Positions 1 through 12,915 of a stretch of 64,000 nucleotides of DNA are shown one piece after another. Source of the DNA: Magallana gigas (Eukaryota); NCBI RefSeq assembly GCF_963853765.1, contig NC_088855.1, positions 58,280,001 through 58,344,000 on the forward strand. The letters run 5' to 3'. The translations under genes were made by a program, and so were the position numbers. The stretch's first letter is position 1, and the number at the start of each line of letters is the position of its first letter. Below the pieces are notes generated by a model. It was given only the letters and a program-made list of their open reading frames with translations. It searched no databases and was not told the origin of the DNA.

Positions 1-251
1 GGTCTTTTGACAGATATGCTGAACTATGATAATTCGATGGACAATGATGAATTTACAGCGTTGTTTACTTCACAAACAGTGAGTACTCCTTACGAAAGTC
101 GCACTAATATGTTGTGTAACTCTATGTCGCAGAGCTCGCAAATACAAGACGAGCATGAATGCCTCGATACGGTAGATACAATTGATATTGAGACTCTCGA
201 TACACAGTTGCAAAATTTACCAAAAGAAGTATACATAAGTTGTTAGATTTG

Positions 252-1113
252 CAGGTTCAGTACAATCTCCAGATCTAGCTATATAGCTTGAATAAGCTAA
301 ATAGCTTTATTAAGCTATTCAGAGTAGCTTTATTTAGCTATTTTGTCATACATTTTTCTTCAATTTGTAATTTTATCAATATGTATAAGTTTTCAACTTT
401 GAACTGTTCTGTGAACAATGCATGTAAAGATTACTCATCAATATGCGTCTCCTTAAGCAGTTAAGAGACTCTGCACTAAAAGTTTTTGGGCAACTGAATC
501 ATGACCACACAGTAACTTCTTGAATGAAATATAAAGGAGGTCAGTTAGGGTAAACAAGATAATTGATTGGTAATAATTTTTGTTATACTTTCATGTTAAA
601 TACTGAAATCTGATTGGTTAAGACGCAGTTAATAATATTTTCTATTACCCTCAGCGTTAGCAACGCACTTAGCAACGGGTAACATTAAAAAATGTTACAA
701 AAAATGACGCTTCGCGTCGGTTGACAATGGTTTTCTCGGGGTGTCAATTTCAACTGTTACCCTCCCAAACAGGCACTATTTATATAATCTCAATGAGAAG
801 AAATCATACTTATCCACGCCTCATTGCACACAAAGTGGTTAACAGTTACCCAAACAATGGAAATATATTTTATGCTTATAAGTGTTTAAAAGCTGCAGTG
901 TTAAAACTATCTTTAATTGTGGTCAAGTTTATAATGGTCAATTGTGCAAATATGAGTAGCAAGTTAATTGCGATTTTTTGTCCATTTCTTACAATAAATA
1001 TTTTCTTAAAAAACTGCACATAAATAGCTTTATCAAGCTATTTTGAATAGCTTTATAAAGCTATATAGCTTTTTCAAGCTATATAGCTAAATCAAGAGAT
1101 TGTACTGGACCTG
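252..1113. mobile_element. Non-autonomous TIR DNA element inserted in LINE ORF1
   Basis: Left end CAGGTTCAGTACAATCTC (252-269) is the near-perfect inverse of GAGATTGTACTGGACCTG (1096-1113); subterminal AGCTATATAGCT/AATAGCTTT repeats at both ends. No clean TSD resolved. Confidence 0.75.
583..788 (+). mobile_element. Internally deleted copy of the hairpin-ended dispersed element also at 47986-48355
   Basis: Shares TTATACTTTCATGTTAAATACTGAAATCTGATTG...GCAACGGGTAAC and CGCTTCGCGTCGGTTGACAATGGTTTTCTCGGGGTGTC...CAAACAGGCACTATTTATATAAT with the 48 kb copy; the middle is missing. Confidence 0.85.
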
Positions 1114-2578
1114 ATATGTGCTCAAATGATGAAAACCTGGTTTGCTGGTACAGAAATGCATTATGCTCACGCGCAAAAAAATCTACCAGACTGTCCTTCA
1201 GGAAAACTTCTCACAAGAAAAACTACATCAGGTGGCTCAAGTATCTCTAAATATGCCAAAGATTGTTTCATTTTGTACATGTTTCAACAGGGTGAAAAAT
1301 CGTGTATCAATGACATTTTCGGTAAACATAAAAACACCCCAATCGTTTCTGAAATAAACAAAGTCAATGCAGTTGAATTAAAGACTACCATCCAATCGCT
1401 TGTCGAAAGAATGTCGAACTTAGAAAACATGGTTAATTCTAAGGATAAAATCATTAATTCTTTAACTTCTGATCTACAGTCGCTTCAATTACAATTTGAA
1501 CACCTTCAGTCTGATCACGAACGTTTGCATGCAGAATCCATGGCCAAGTTTACAAAATATGACTCTTTTCAAAAACTCTCGTCTGATCATTTTAAACGCA
1601 TGGAGACAGATCATATAGACTGTCAATCCTACAAATCAAAAACAAACGACGGATTAAAGAGGCTCTCAAAGGTTAGCATAACCTTTCAGAAACAACTTAG
1701 CTCAATAAGCCCATGCAAATCTTATGCCAGTTCTATCAGTAGTAATGGTCCCGTTAGTAGCCCTAGCGAAATCGAAAAGGCACAACCATTGACAAATGAT
1801 TGTCCACAGTCATCAACCACATCATTAACTGCAGCGTCCATTGAACACGTTGTTGCTGAGAGGGTGAAAAAAATACGCGAAAACGAAGGACCTTTGGACA
1901 ACAATTTAACAATCTCAAAAACCCCGACTGATCCATTGCAAAATAAAAAATCCCCGTCTCGGACCTCTAACGGCTCACCTATACAAGTAAGTGACAGCCC
2001 GTATAACGGTTCTACCCAGCCTCGCCTCAATGGTCACGATACACTTCGATCACGGGTGTCGCATTCCGATACACAAAGAGCTGCAGATAGCGGCGTAACA
2101 GTAGGCGGATCTCGAGAGGCGCCGGACTCCAAGCGATTGGTTAAATTTGACGGAATGTCTTGCGTCGTAACTCTAAATGAAAAACAAAACTCGAAAACAA
2201 ACACAAAACAGAGGATGTTTTCGGTGGTGTTACTTACCGTAAGACAGCTAGGTACTACTTATCGGGGATAGGGAAAGAATCATCAAGATCTGGAATAGCG
2301 AATTACATCGAAAGCAAAGGTGTTAAGATAACTCATTTAATGCTATTCAAACCCAAATACTCCAAATCCCGTCTATCCGCAAAAATTAATATCCCGCTTG
2401 AATTTGGTCAAATTGTCGAATCTCCCAACTTTTGGCCGGAAGGTGTATCATGCAGACAATGGATAAGCATTCGAGAGTGGGAACGAAAGTGTGCAACGCA
2501 GCGCGCTTCCGATGACTGGGGCAGTGAATACGGTGCCCAACACAACTATTAACTTAGATTAAACCCAATCAGGCGTAT

Positions 2579-5500
2579 TTGTACAGTTTCTATATGATAC
2601 TAATTATGTTTAGATTCAGTATTATTTTACTTTACACTATGATTTCTTTAATGACATGGAATGTACGCGGTGCTATATCGTCCACTATGTGTTTGTCAGC
2701 CTTTTCAGACAAAGAAAAATGTGATATTGTAATCATTACAGAGCATAAACTCAAAGAGAGTACAAAAAATTTCCTTGAAACCATTCATAATGACTATGCC
2801 TGTATTGCTAAACTTGATGATCAGTGTACAATGCAAAGTAATTTGCCATTCATCGGCAGAGGTGGGGTGGCAATCATGTATAGAAAATCGCTTATGTATT
2901 CTGTCAAAGAAGTCACTTGCTATAATACAAACCGTATTACAGCAATACAGCTTAGTGATAGTTTTGGCAATATATATTATATTCTTGGTGTATATTTGCT
3001 CTCTGATGGTAATATTGAAATGTACATAGATGAGTTAAGTATTCTTGAAAATCTCTACTCATATTTTTCAGGTTACGGTAAGGTCATTATTGCAGGTGAC
3101 TTTAATGGCAGCTTAGTTGACTCATGTGATACTAACCTCACAAAAGCAAAGTTATTATTAAATTTTGTCTCAAAATACAATTTATGCATTCCAACCAAGG
3201 ACTTTGCAACAGATGCTGAACAGTTTACCTTTACCCCGAAAAAAACTACTTTAGATTACATATTGTTTGACGGGCATGTTCTTACAGCGCTAAAACATTA
3301 CAAAATTTTTAAGGAAGGATCAGTCTCCATCACATCAGATCATTTACCTATCATAGCTTCTTTTGATCTCAGAATTCAAAGACATTCTCTTAAGAATCCA
3401 CATGCCAAATTACCAGCATGGCACAAAGCCACACCTGAAACTATTGTGAAATATAGAAACGAAGTTGAACGTAGTCTACTGAAGCTACCACAGACTGACT
3501 TCAAGACAGATAGGGACATCGATAAGTATATTAATGATCTGTCTAAAATATTGACTACACACGCTGAAATTTCCATCCCACATTCTTCATACAACCCACA
3601 CACCCGCCCAGAGTGGACAAAATCAGTCAAACACCTACATACTATTGAGTGAGCCAAACGTAGGATATGGATGTCCGAGGGCAGACCACGGGGGGTGGAG
3701 TTCGAATCTTACCGCGAGTACAAGCGAGCGAAACGACAATTCCGAAATGCCCTTGACGAAGAACACGAACTGTACATGCGCAAAGTGTACAACGATATTG
3801 ACAAAGCGGCGGAAGTCGATGTGCGTTTGCTTTGGAAGCTGACTAAACGCAGAAAGCCCAGATCATCGCGCATATATCCAGAGATTCGTAACGATGAGGG
3901 TGTGATCCACACAGATCCACGTGGTGTAGCTGAAACATTCGCACAATTTTATAAAAATCTATACACACCTCTAGAAGACCACATTTTTGACCAAGCTTTT
4001 CGAGATCAAGTCGAAGAAAATTTCCAAAAGCTAACAAATGAGTGCCTACTTGATTCAACTGATATACCAGGTGGCCAATTCACATCGATAGAAATTATTT
4101 CTGCTATAAAAACGTTGAAGTTAAGAAAAGCACCTGGAGACGATTTGATCACTAATGAACACATAATACACGGCGGTAAAACACTCGTTAGTTGTCTTTT
4201 AAAGCTATTTACTGCCATTGTTGTTCATGATTACATCCCGTTTTGTTGGAAACGTGGTCTCATAGTGCCATTGTACAAAGGCGGAGCTAAGCCGAAAGAT
4301 TCTTGCAACAGCTATAGGCCAGTTGCATTACTACCATGTGTTTTAAAACTCTTCGAGAAAGTAGTTCACAATCGAATCCATACCCATATTCTACAAAAAA
4401 TAAATTTCCCACATGCGCAGCAACAAGGTTTTCAGAAAGAATTAGGCTGCTTGACAGCATAATTTAATCTTCAAGAAACTATTCTTCATAATTTAGAGCA
4501 AAGATCGAAGTAACGTATATGTATGTTTCCTCGATACCAGCAAAGCCTTCGATACCGTCTGGAGACCTGGACTCATGGTCAAACTACACAAACTTGGCAT
4601 AACTGGAAAATTATGGTCGCTAATTAACCAGTGTCACCAGGATACTGTGAGCTCAATAGTAGTGAACCAGACCCGTTCAGAATGGTTTCCGACATATCAA
4701 GGCGTTAGACAGGGTGGTGTCCTGTCTACCTTTCTTTATCTTGTTTACATCAACGACCTTATTCAAGCGTTACAGTATGGTAGCCCAAACACAGGTATAC
4801 TTAACATACCCAGCAGCTGCCCCTTCCTTAGCCGACGACTTGTCTTTAATTGCTGTCACTCCACTTGCGCTTCAAAAACTGTTAGACATCGCACATAGGT
4901 ACGCTTGCAAATGGCGATTCACATTTAACGCATCCAAATCGTGCGTATTGCAGTTCCGTGCACAAGGAGCTAAACTAGACACATGCAACATGTCTTGGCA
5001 TCTAGGTCCAGCGATTGTATCGTGCAACCGGTCTTACAACCATCTAGGTATAATTATAAATGAAAAAGGTAAACTCTCTGACCGAATACAGGAGGCCTGT
5101 AACAAAGGACGGAAGTCATATTTTGCACTATCTGACCTTGGTTCACCATTCCTAAATCCTAGAACACTGACTCATCTCTACAAAACAATTGTGCTACCAT
5201 CAGTACTCTATGGGTGCGAACTCTGGAATAATTTGTCGTTTAGAGACAGAAACCAATTGAATACATTCCAACATTTTATTTGCAAAAACTCACTAAACTT
5301 ACCCAAATTAAGCAGATGTGTGAATCGTATTTCGATGTACTCCCCATATGTGCAGAATTAGACGTTCGAAAGCTACTATTCCTAGGCCGACTATGTCGCC
5401 TCAACCCAAAAATGTTAACAAAGAACATTTTCCTCACAAGATTATTTTCTTATTTTCACGATCTCTCGACAAACCAGTTGAGATTTATCCCTGATATTAT

Positions 5501-5878
5501 GAGTATTCTACAATCCTATGATCTTACTGATCATTTGTGGACATTTCTGGACGATGGATTTTTTCCCGAAAACCTTCCTGGAGAAAAATTGTACGTGACA
5601 AAGTGACTGCATCACATGTTTCCCAGCGGCGAACACGTATGTCTCACGATCGTGACTTCTCACTTTTCACAGAACTTTATATAAACTCAAATCTGTCCTC
5701 TATTTGGAAGATACCCGAAAACTACCGAGAAATCGAACTCTGCAAGTTTATCTGCAAACTCTGTACTACCACTCGTTTAAATGGAGATCTATATACATGT
5801 ATTCTGTGTAATAATTCATTCTTCAACGTTTTTCAACATTCTTCATGTTCCTGTCCGTCCACGGCGATGATAAAGCAT
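2579..5878 (+). pseudogene. LINE ORF2 (apurinic endonuclease + reverse transcriptase), frameshifted
   Basis: Collinear ORF-track pieces 2579-3652, 3671-4462, 4575-4898, 4714-5361, 5280-5606 and 5537-6016; in-frame TAA at 4460-4462 and several frameshifts. Confidence 0.92.
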
Positions 5879-7538
5879 TTCGTACTAATACACCCCTGCG
5901 AATGTTATTGTCATTTAAATTTAGACCATGTGGTTTTATTTGACCCTTTCAGTTCCGCAGTAAAAATTGTGCCTCGTGATAATAGTCTATTTCCTAGTAC
6001 TTGTAGTCAAATGTAAAATCTAGGCTTTTATTGATTTTAAACTTTATCTTCATTAATTAGAGGATAAAACGAGTTCTAGAAATAAATATGTAAATAGAAA
6101 TTATAATTTTTTTCTGCTATTGCAACAATTAACATGCTTAGCAACGGTTCCCCTTTTAGGATTAATGTTTGATCCGCGCCTGAACTAGTAATAGCATCAA
6201 TTGTAAAACAGAATATAATATTTTATGCAGAATATTCCTTGAACATAGCTCGATATACTAAGTTTTTATGCAAACCAGACACCCATTCTTTTTTTTTAAA
6301 AAGCATGGTATTGCACGCCAAAAGCATCAAACATGGCTATCATTTTATTAGGCAACCAATGTTTATACTTTCAACCACGTGTAGAGTGGTTGAACACGAA
6401 CGATAACTCTGTTCTAAATATTATAGTTTAGTTTAAATAACCTCTAGAGGATGAAAGAAAACATATATCTTAACAGATTTTCATGTTTTAACATAAATCA
6501 AAGTAGGATATGATATGAAAAATGACCAGAACTTACGTATTTTGAGAATATTATCCGAACACTTATACTTACGCTCAAAATTTCAAAGGAACTGAACAAA
6601 TCTCGGTGAAGTCTCGTGAACTTTCATTCGAGCATCTCTGGATTTATTACATACTTAGCAACGATAAAGAAAACATTCCGAACACATTCGCAGGGGTGTA
6701 ATACGAAGCGCGACAGCAGAGTACTACAGATCAACTTCTGTTGTATTCCACACATGAGGACAGGTGCACTTGTGCATCTACACATGACGAAAACTTTGTA
6801 TATAGTCTTGATATTTCCTATTTATTTGTTTATCCCCCCCCCCCAATATTACTTGTGTTAATGTATATCTTTGATGTGACTCTTTAGACAATTTATGCAT
6901 GTGTTATGTTCAATCTCTATTAAGAGGAAATATAGTATGAATGAATGAAAATGACATGAACCTAGCATGGTTTGGGTGTGCACAACCTCTGGTCGTAACA
7001 CCGTTAACCTACTTATAACGAGATGTTCTTTATTCGGTTTATATTGTAATTTTGTTGTTTTCAATTAATACTCTGGCATCATGATAATTTGAAATTTATA
7101 TGAAGTCTAATTTATTCACATTCTAATACATGCTGTAATTCTGGAAATTAAGATAAAGTGTGGTTTAATTATAAGACACAAATCTGTGTGATTAATGTGT
7201 ACAACACTGGGATAAGACTTGATGACAGCATTGATAGAATCACCTTGTCATCTTTGTTCAGTTTTTGTCTGGAACTTGAGAGATGTAAGAAAAAAGTCAA
7301 TTCAAATTTAGTTTGTGAAGGCAATGAAAAATATTTTACATTTGAAATTCAGGATGGAACTAATCCTCTCAGGTTTCAGATATATTCACCAAAAAGTTTG
7401 AAGGGTTAAAGTAAAGTAACTATGGTGATAAAGACCTCTAACTCCACCAATCACTTGTCTTGCAGTTAATGTAAGTCAGCTATGTATGTCGTTTGTCAAT
7501 TTATTCAAGGAGAATTCATACTTTGATCTTTAACACAG

Positions 7539-9185
7539 AAGAAGCTGGCCCACCCCATCGAGTGTTTGTCCTTGACTTTAGAGGAGGTCACACACATCAG
7601 ACAGGTGTTAACGAAGGCGGAGCTAGAGACGCTCATCACGAACCACGAAATGTACAACCTTGTGTCAAAAGGAAAGGTACGTACAGTGGTGGCAGAATAA
7701 ATCAGTGTTCAATGGGGTCACAACAATGGGGTCATCAACAATGGGGTCATCATCAATGGGGTCATCAACAATGGGGTCATCAACAATGGGGTCATCATCA
7801 ATGGGGTCATCATCAATGGGGTCATCATCAATGGGGTCATCAACAATGGGGTCATCATCAATGGGGTCATCAACAACGGGGTCATCAACAATGGGGTCAT
7901 CATCAATGGGGTCATCAACAATGGGGTCATCATCAATGGGGTCATCAACAATGGAGTCATCATCAATGGAGTCATCATCAATGGAGTCATCATCAATGGG
8001 GTCATCATCAATGGAGTCATCATCAATGGAGTCATCATCAATGGGGTCATCATCAATGGGGTCATCATCAATGGGGTCACCAACAAAGCTAACAGAATCG
8101 TCAAACCCTGACTTAATCAGCGTCATTTTATTCATGATACTTGGCTCAGAGTTGTTTGTTTATTTTTGAACAGGTGTGCTTTACCTGTAAATTGGTCAAG
8201 TTCTCCATGTTTGGTCAATGGGGAACTCGATGCAAGATCTGTAAGCGCAATGTTTGCAACAACTGTCTCAGAAAGGTATGTAAAAACTGTCAGCATGTAC
8301 AAATATCTATATACACAGTCATATTTTTAGACCTGAACTTGATGAACATTTATTTGGTGTATTTCAGATGAACATTCCCACGGAACACTTCCAGAATATT
8401 CCAGTTCACACACTGAGCCCAATACCCCTCAGTCCCGAAACCCTGGATCTTCTCAAAGTCTACGAAAGGTAACACTGCAATATCAAGAACAGTCAGATAA
8501 TCATATTTACCTCTTGTACCTTATGTCTTTATAATAAAACTGATATTTTTACATCATTCAGAATAACTCTTTGTTAATAATGTAAATTCCTTATTTTACA
8601 TGAGTACTTAATTCCACAGTTTTGCATCAAATCGTGAGAATATAAAATTGTGAGCGCCGATTTTTTGCTATTGTTTAATATCACTCAAAATTGTCTAAGA
8701 ATTAAGAGAAATTTTAAAATCGCAAGGTCCTTCTCGCAATTTTATGCGGTTATCAATTCCTCACATATAGCAAGAAATTTACAGTAATTCCAACATACAA
8801 TGTAAGTGAATGTAAATGTCATTGGATCCATTTTCTGACTTACAGGACTGGGTCTGTACCCCACACTCCTTCATCAGAAAGGAAGACCCAGCAAGTCATG
8901 GAGGAACCTGCCGCTAGGCGGACTTCCTTACAGAGATCCCACACCATAGGATCGGGGTCAGCCCCTACCCTCCCCAACAAAAACTTACTGCGGGGCCCCC
9001 TGATGAGTGTGTGCTGTGACTGCAAGACCATGATAATGGAGATCATCCGCACCAGTCGCACGTCCATCGCTCTCATCCACAAAGGACAGGAAGCTCAGCC
9101 CTCCCCAACCAAGGAGGAGGAGAGAGGGGAGGGGCTTAACCTGTCCACGCTGTCACTCAACATCAAACAGTTCTCCAACAAGTGA
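7539..9185 (+). CDS. SPIRE: Spire-family actin nucleator, 3' exons (Spir-box, FYVE-type zinc finger, C-terminus); 5' part not identified in the window
   Basis: Exons 7539-7676 (KKLAHPIECLSLTLEEVTHIRQVLTKAELE..SKGK, Spir-box), 8174-8275 (VCFTCK..CKICKRNVCNNC), 8368-8468 and 8846-9185 (..VCCDCK..stop). All have AG/GT borders and consistent phases. Confidence 0.92.
7710..8087. repeat. 15-bp minisatellite (CAATGGGGTCATCAW), about 25 copies, in a Spire intron
   Basis: Direct inspection; it produces the WGHQQ, MGSSS, DDDPI and MMTPL ORFs. Confidence 0.95.
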
Positions 9186-11017
9186 TAGGACAGAAATCTT
9201 CTGATAATCATCCGTGCAATCTTTTCCTTATGATCTATATATCTATTTGTTTTAAAATAGCATTTTTTTTTTCGTCCATTCATTTTTACACTTATTCAGT
9301 TAATAATGAAATAGAACAAAAGTCTTCCCATTATAAAGGTTTCTTTTATTTTTAATGGTAATGTTGAATGCAATCTGAACAACTGAAGTATATTCTTTGT
9401 TAAAATTCATGCAGAATCCACATTATAATTATCAAACGGTCTCATGTTTTGGTCAAATAAAAGATGATTTTGTCAAATGAATTTAATTAAGACTTCGAAA
9501 GGTCTACCATGCAGATATGGAGTTAAAATTAACAGCAGATCATCAAAAGTAGATAATTCTCGTTAACACTTTCTAACCATTTTGTCATCATTTTGATTGA
9601 GATGTGCCATGTTGTATGGTATTCCCCAGATCTATTTATAGCTGTGATCTACCTCTCACTCTCTTCACCAATGAAAGACTACTCACCATCTGGATAATTT
9701 TGACGGTCCATACATGGAGTATATTTTATTACATTATAAAACAACAGCCAATCAGTGATTGTAGCTTAATTGAACTAATTGATATGCACTTGTTGTCATG
9801 TATATTACACAAAAGCTTCTTGTTTTTATATGTACTGATAGTATTTATTGTGAGAGGAACGTTTGAACTGGATGTGATAGTGATGTAAACATGTCTGATT
9901 GTGATAGTGATGTAAATATGTGTCATGTTTGATGGTTAGATGATGTGCCAAGAACAGTTGATGGAGTTTACAAAGTATCATTAATGTAATGATGTTAAGT
10001 TAAGTCAGAAAAGTTTGCATTGAATCTGATAATGATGCCATCTTTGTTTAGTTGGTGTCATGTTTACATATTATAAACAAGGTGACAGCTGAAGGTCTTA
10101 ATCTCATTTTTTAGTGGAAAACTTATTCACAGACAAGATTTTTTTAATTGATCAAAGGACCGAAAGAATCAAATCAAACCAACTGCAATTAGCAAACTAA
10201 TGTCCCTTGTATGCATAATCTAATTGTCGTATTGTCTCAGCCAAATTATACATTAATCAAAATTTTATTCAGAAAACATAATAATTTTTCTTTTGAAATT
10301 TTCGTGTACATATTTACTAACAAAAGCTTTACCAAAAGATTCCATCCATGTTTTTTAAGATCTGCATTGTGCATTTAGTGTAGATACTGGTATTTAATTT
10401 GTAATTTATGCACATATATTGGCTTTAAAGCATATATCAGTTCTTTCCAATCCCTCTACTGTGTAAAACAGTGTTGTATGAACAAAGTGACTTCAGATTC
10501 ATTCAAACTGCAATATCGGAGGGTTTCCTCCTGATGTCTCCGGCTGATGTTAATATTATGCAATGATTTCAGCAAACCAATGTAAGTCATGTTTTAAACC
10601 TTTGTATATTAAACTGTTTTAAAACACTTCAGTGATGTTGCTTGTTTTGTATCCCCCCTCCTATATGAAGATTATTACTGCTTCCTTCATTTTAAATGGC
10701 AAAATTTGTGAACAGAGTTGAGTGTGGGAACGGAGAGGGTGGACAGGACGGTGAGCAAATCAATAATGGTTCCAGGAACAAACTTCAGAGTGGACACATC
10801 CCTGTTACACAGACAATATAGATTAAATTCTGTATTTTAGATTGAATATTTTTAAAAACGGAGGATTTGAGTTGACTTTTTAAAAAAAAATTCATATGCA
10901 TCCATCCATTTTGCATATGTACATTGTGTTAAAAACATTAGACATTTTGGTAAAGTATGAAGTCACAGTGGTCTCACATACATGGCAATTAATGCATTTT
11001 ACTTGGTTTTGCATTAA

Positions 11018-11334
11018 GGTGGTATGTGACACTTCGATCATGTTGTGACGTATTGTTTATCGAAATAAACAATAAAACCATGTGTAATCATATTAAGTAG
11101 TTTCTTTCCTGATATTGTTACCTAACAGGATAGCGCAGTGGGTTAGAGGGTTTACAACAAATCTGTAAGTCATGAGTTCAAATCCCGCTAGGGGTTTTAC
11201 ATTTTTTACCTCTCCAAAAATTTTCAAAAGCTATTTTTTGGTTGGTGTAAAATTTGAAAATCCTAAACCGGTGAAAGTATTATAATTTTGATGTACTTTA
11301 ATCCACATAATATCGACAGATGTCCCATACCACC
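11018..11334. mobile_element. 317-bp MITE with TTAA target duplication (Kolobok/piggyBac-type)
   Basis: TTAA at 11014-11017 and 11335-11338; terminal inverted repeats GGTGGTATGTGACAC / ATGTCCCATACCACC. Confidence 0.8.
11128..11190 (+). other. Degenerate tRNA-like / Pol III promoter segment inside the TTAA MITE
   Basis: A-box-like TAGCGCAGTGG, TTACA/TGTAA stem-loop, B-box-like GAGTTCAAATCC; no convincing acceptor stem. Confidence 0.55.
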
Positions 11335-12915
11335 TTAATTTAATGTGAAGTAAACTTTAAATAAATGCGGCATGCATGTTCATCAATAAGAACAGAGATG
11401 ATTAATTATAAAGTACACGGATGATGGTATTGGCTGGTCTCTGTAATTAAAGTTACTTCCTTTGGTGTACTTGTACACAAATTACACTTGTATATGTGAT
11501 ATTGATGAAATACTCCCAGTTTGTGTAATTGGTGTACCTGTACATATCATGTACACAGGTGTATTTGGTTATTTATCAACAGGTATTAAAATAAGATACT
11601 GAAGGAAATAAGACAAGAATGATGAGTCAAATTTATTGATTTCTAAAATCAACCATAAAAGAGAGAAAATTTTATAACAAAGGTATAAGAAAATATTCAA
11701 AATAACAATAATAATGATTGTGTATAGACGGCATGCACCAGAGAGCCTATTTTTGGCTAGACAGTCTGTTTGGAATGATTGCTATCACCACAAATACAAC
11801 CAGAACTCAAAGCCCTATGTAAAATAACCGAATCAACTCAATGGGCAGTACATCATGTGATCATTGCATACATGTAACTGCTGGACAAAGGTTTTTATTG
11901 CAAATCAATTAAAAATTTAACATCAGTATTTGCTTCTTTTCTGCAAAAATTCAAAACACAAATTTTGTATAAAAGATAATTATTAACAGAAAAAAAAACA
12001 CACCAAAAAATAAAAGCTTGTACGTCATTTGTATTTGCTAGCCTAAGGTATTGTTTCACAGACACAGGAAACAATTTTGTTCAAAAATTACACAGTGAAA
12101 ATTAAAAAATTAATGCTTCTAGAATTTTTCTGAGGACTGGTCAGAAACTTCTGTGTATATGTGTCACTCAGTGACCATGATTTAATTTACAAACATTATC
12201 TTCAGTTAAATCAATCCATACATACATAATGATACAATAATTAGCTAGTCTTGTGATTATAACTCTACGATCGACATCTTTACAGCAATACATAACATAT
12301 ATAGCATGTTCTGCTCATTCATAAAACAAATATTGCACAGGGTTAACTCCGACTCGACAATCCTTCCACGTAACAGTCTCAGACTTTTAGGTATGGTTAA
12401 GATTTCATCATACCGGTACTATTAGATTGACACAGTTAATATACAAGTTGATATACAATTAGATTCAGTTCAAGTTCATTAAAATAAATAAAACTGTAGT
12501 TTTATGCCGTTAAATTTTATGAACATAAATATCATATATCATATTGTTAACTATAATTAACTATAATTTACCAGCAAGAACATTTTTGCACTTTATTATT
12601 TTTATTCGCCCCATTCCTCAGTATAAAGCAAACTTAAAATAATGATTCTTTTAATGGCAATGGGGTGAAAATAGCACTAAACATACAGTATCAAAAATTC
12701 ATTCAAATCAATAATTATATTCGACTAACGTATCCTGCAATTGATCCCTAATAAGGGCACCCCTCTGTATATTAATGCTTATCAAAGAGACCCCTCTATA
12801 TGGAAAGAAACCATGCCAGTCCATATAAAACACCCTTCCCTTTCCTTCTAAAAGACACATGGATTGTTGCCTTTGGTCAGTGAGGATGATATGTCCGCAG
12901 ACTCGTATGACCCCC

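Larger units (their letters stand above)
7..2271 (+). pseudogene. LINE ORF1, interrupted by an insertion (252-1113) and small frameshifts
   Basis: 7-246 and the sequence after 1113 can be joined into ...EVYIS-LLDMCSNDENLVCWYRNALCSRAK-NLPDCPSGKLLTRK by assuming 1-nt indels near 240 and in the A7 run at 1175-1181; a heptad-like coiled-coil segment follows. The reconstruction is inference. Confidence 0.7.
7..5878 (+). mobile_element. Decayed non-LTR retrotransposon (LINE, APE + RT; RTEX/CR1-L2-like clade uncertain), probably inside a Spire intron
   Basis: ORF1-like coiled-coil ORF (7-246 and 1114-2271) followed by ORF2 pieces: endonuclease motifs (MTWNVRG, ITEHKL, IIAGDFN, TLDYI, SDHLPI) and RT motifs (KAPGDD, YRPVALL, QQQGFQ, LDTSKAFDTVW, GVRQGGVLS, LADD, YNHLGI, YGCELW), plus a C-terminal CxxC..H..C. 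Homology appears to stop abruptly near 5878. Confidence 0.93.

Noticed and set aside
4822-4840. LADD instead of YADD at the RT active site as a novel feature
   Set aside because: Hydrophobic substitutions at this position occur in non-LTR families and this copy is a pseudogene, so nothing can be concluded.
7493-8169. ORFs encoding WGHQQ (prion-octarepeat-like), MGSSS, DDDPI and MMTPL polymers
   Set aside because: They are translations of a 15-bp minisatellite inside a Spire intron with clear GT/AG borders; the Spire frame stops shortly after the donor.
8340-8380. GATGAACATT duplicated 26 nt upstream of a Spire acceptor
   Set aside because: Only 10 nt of identity; too short to count as a junction echo.
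11128-11190. Functional tRNA gene
   Set aside because: No proper acceptor stem or clean anticodon loop, and it lies inside a TIR element; kept only as a tRNA-like relic.
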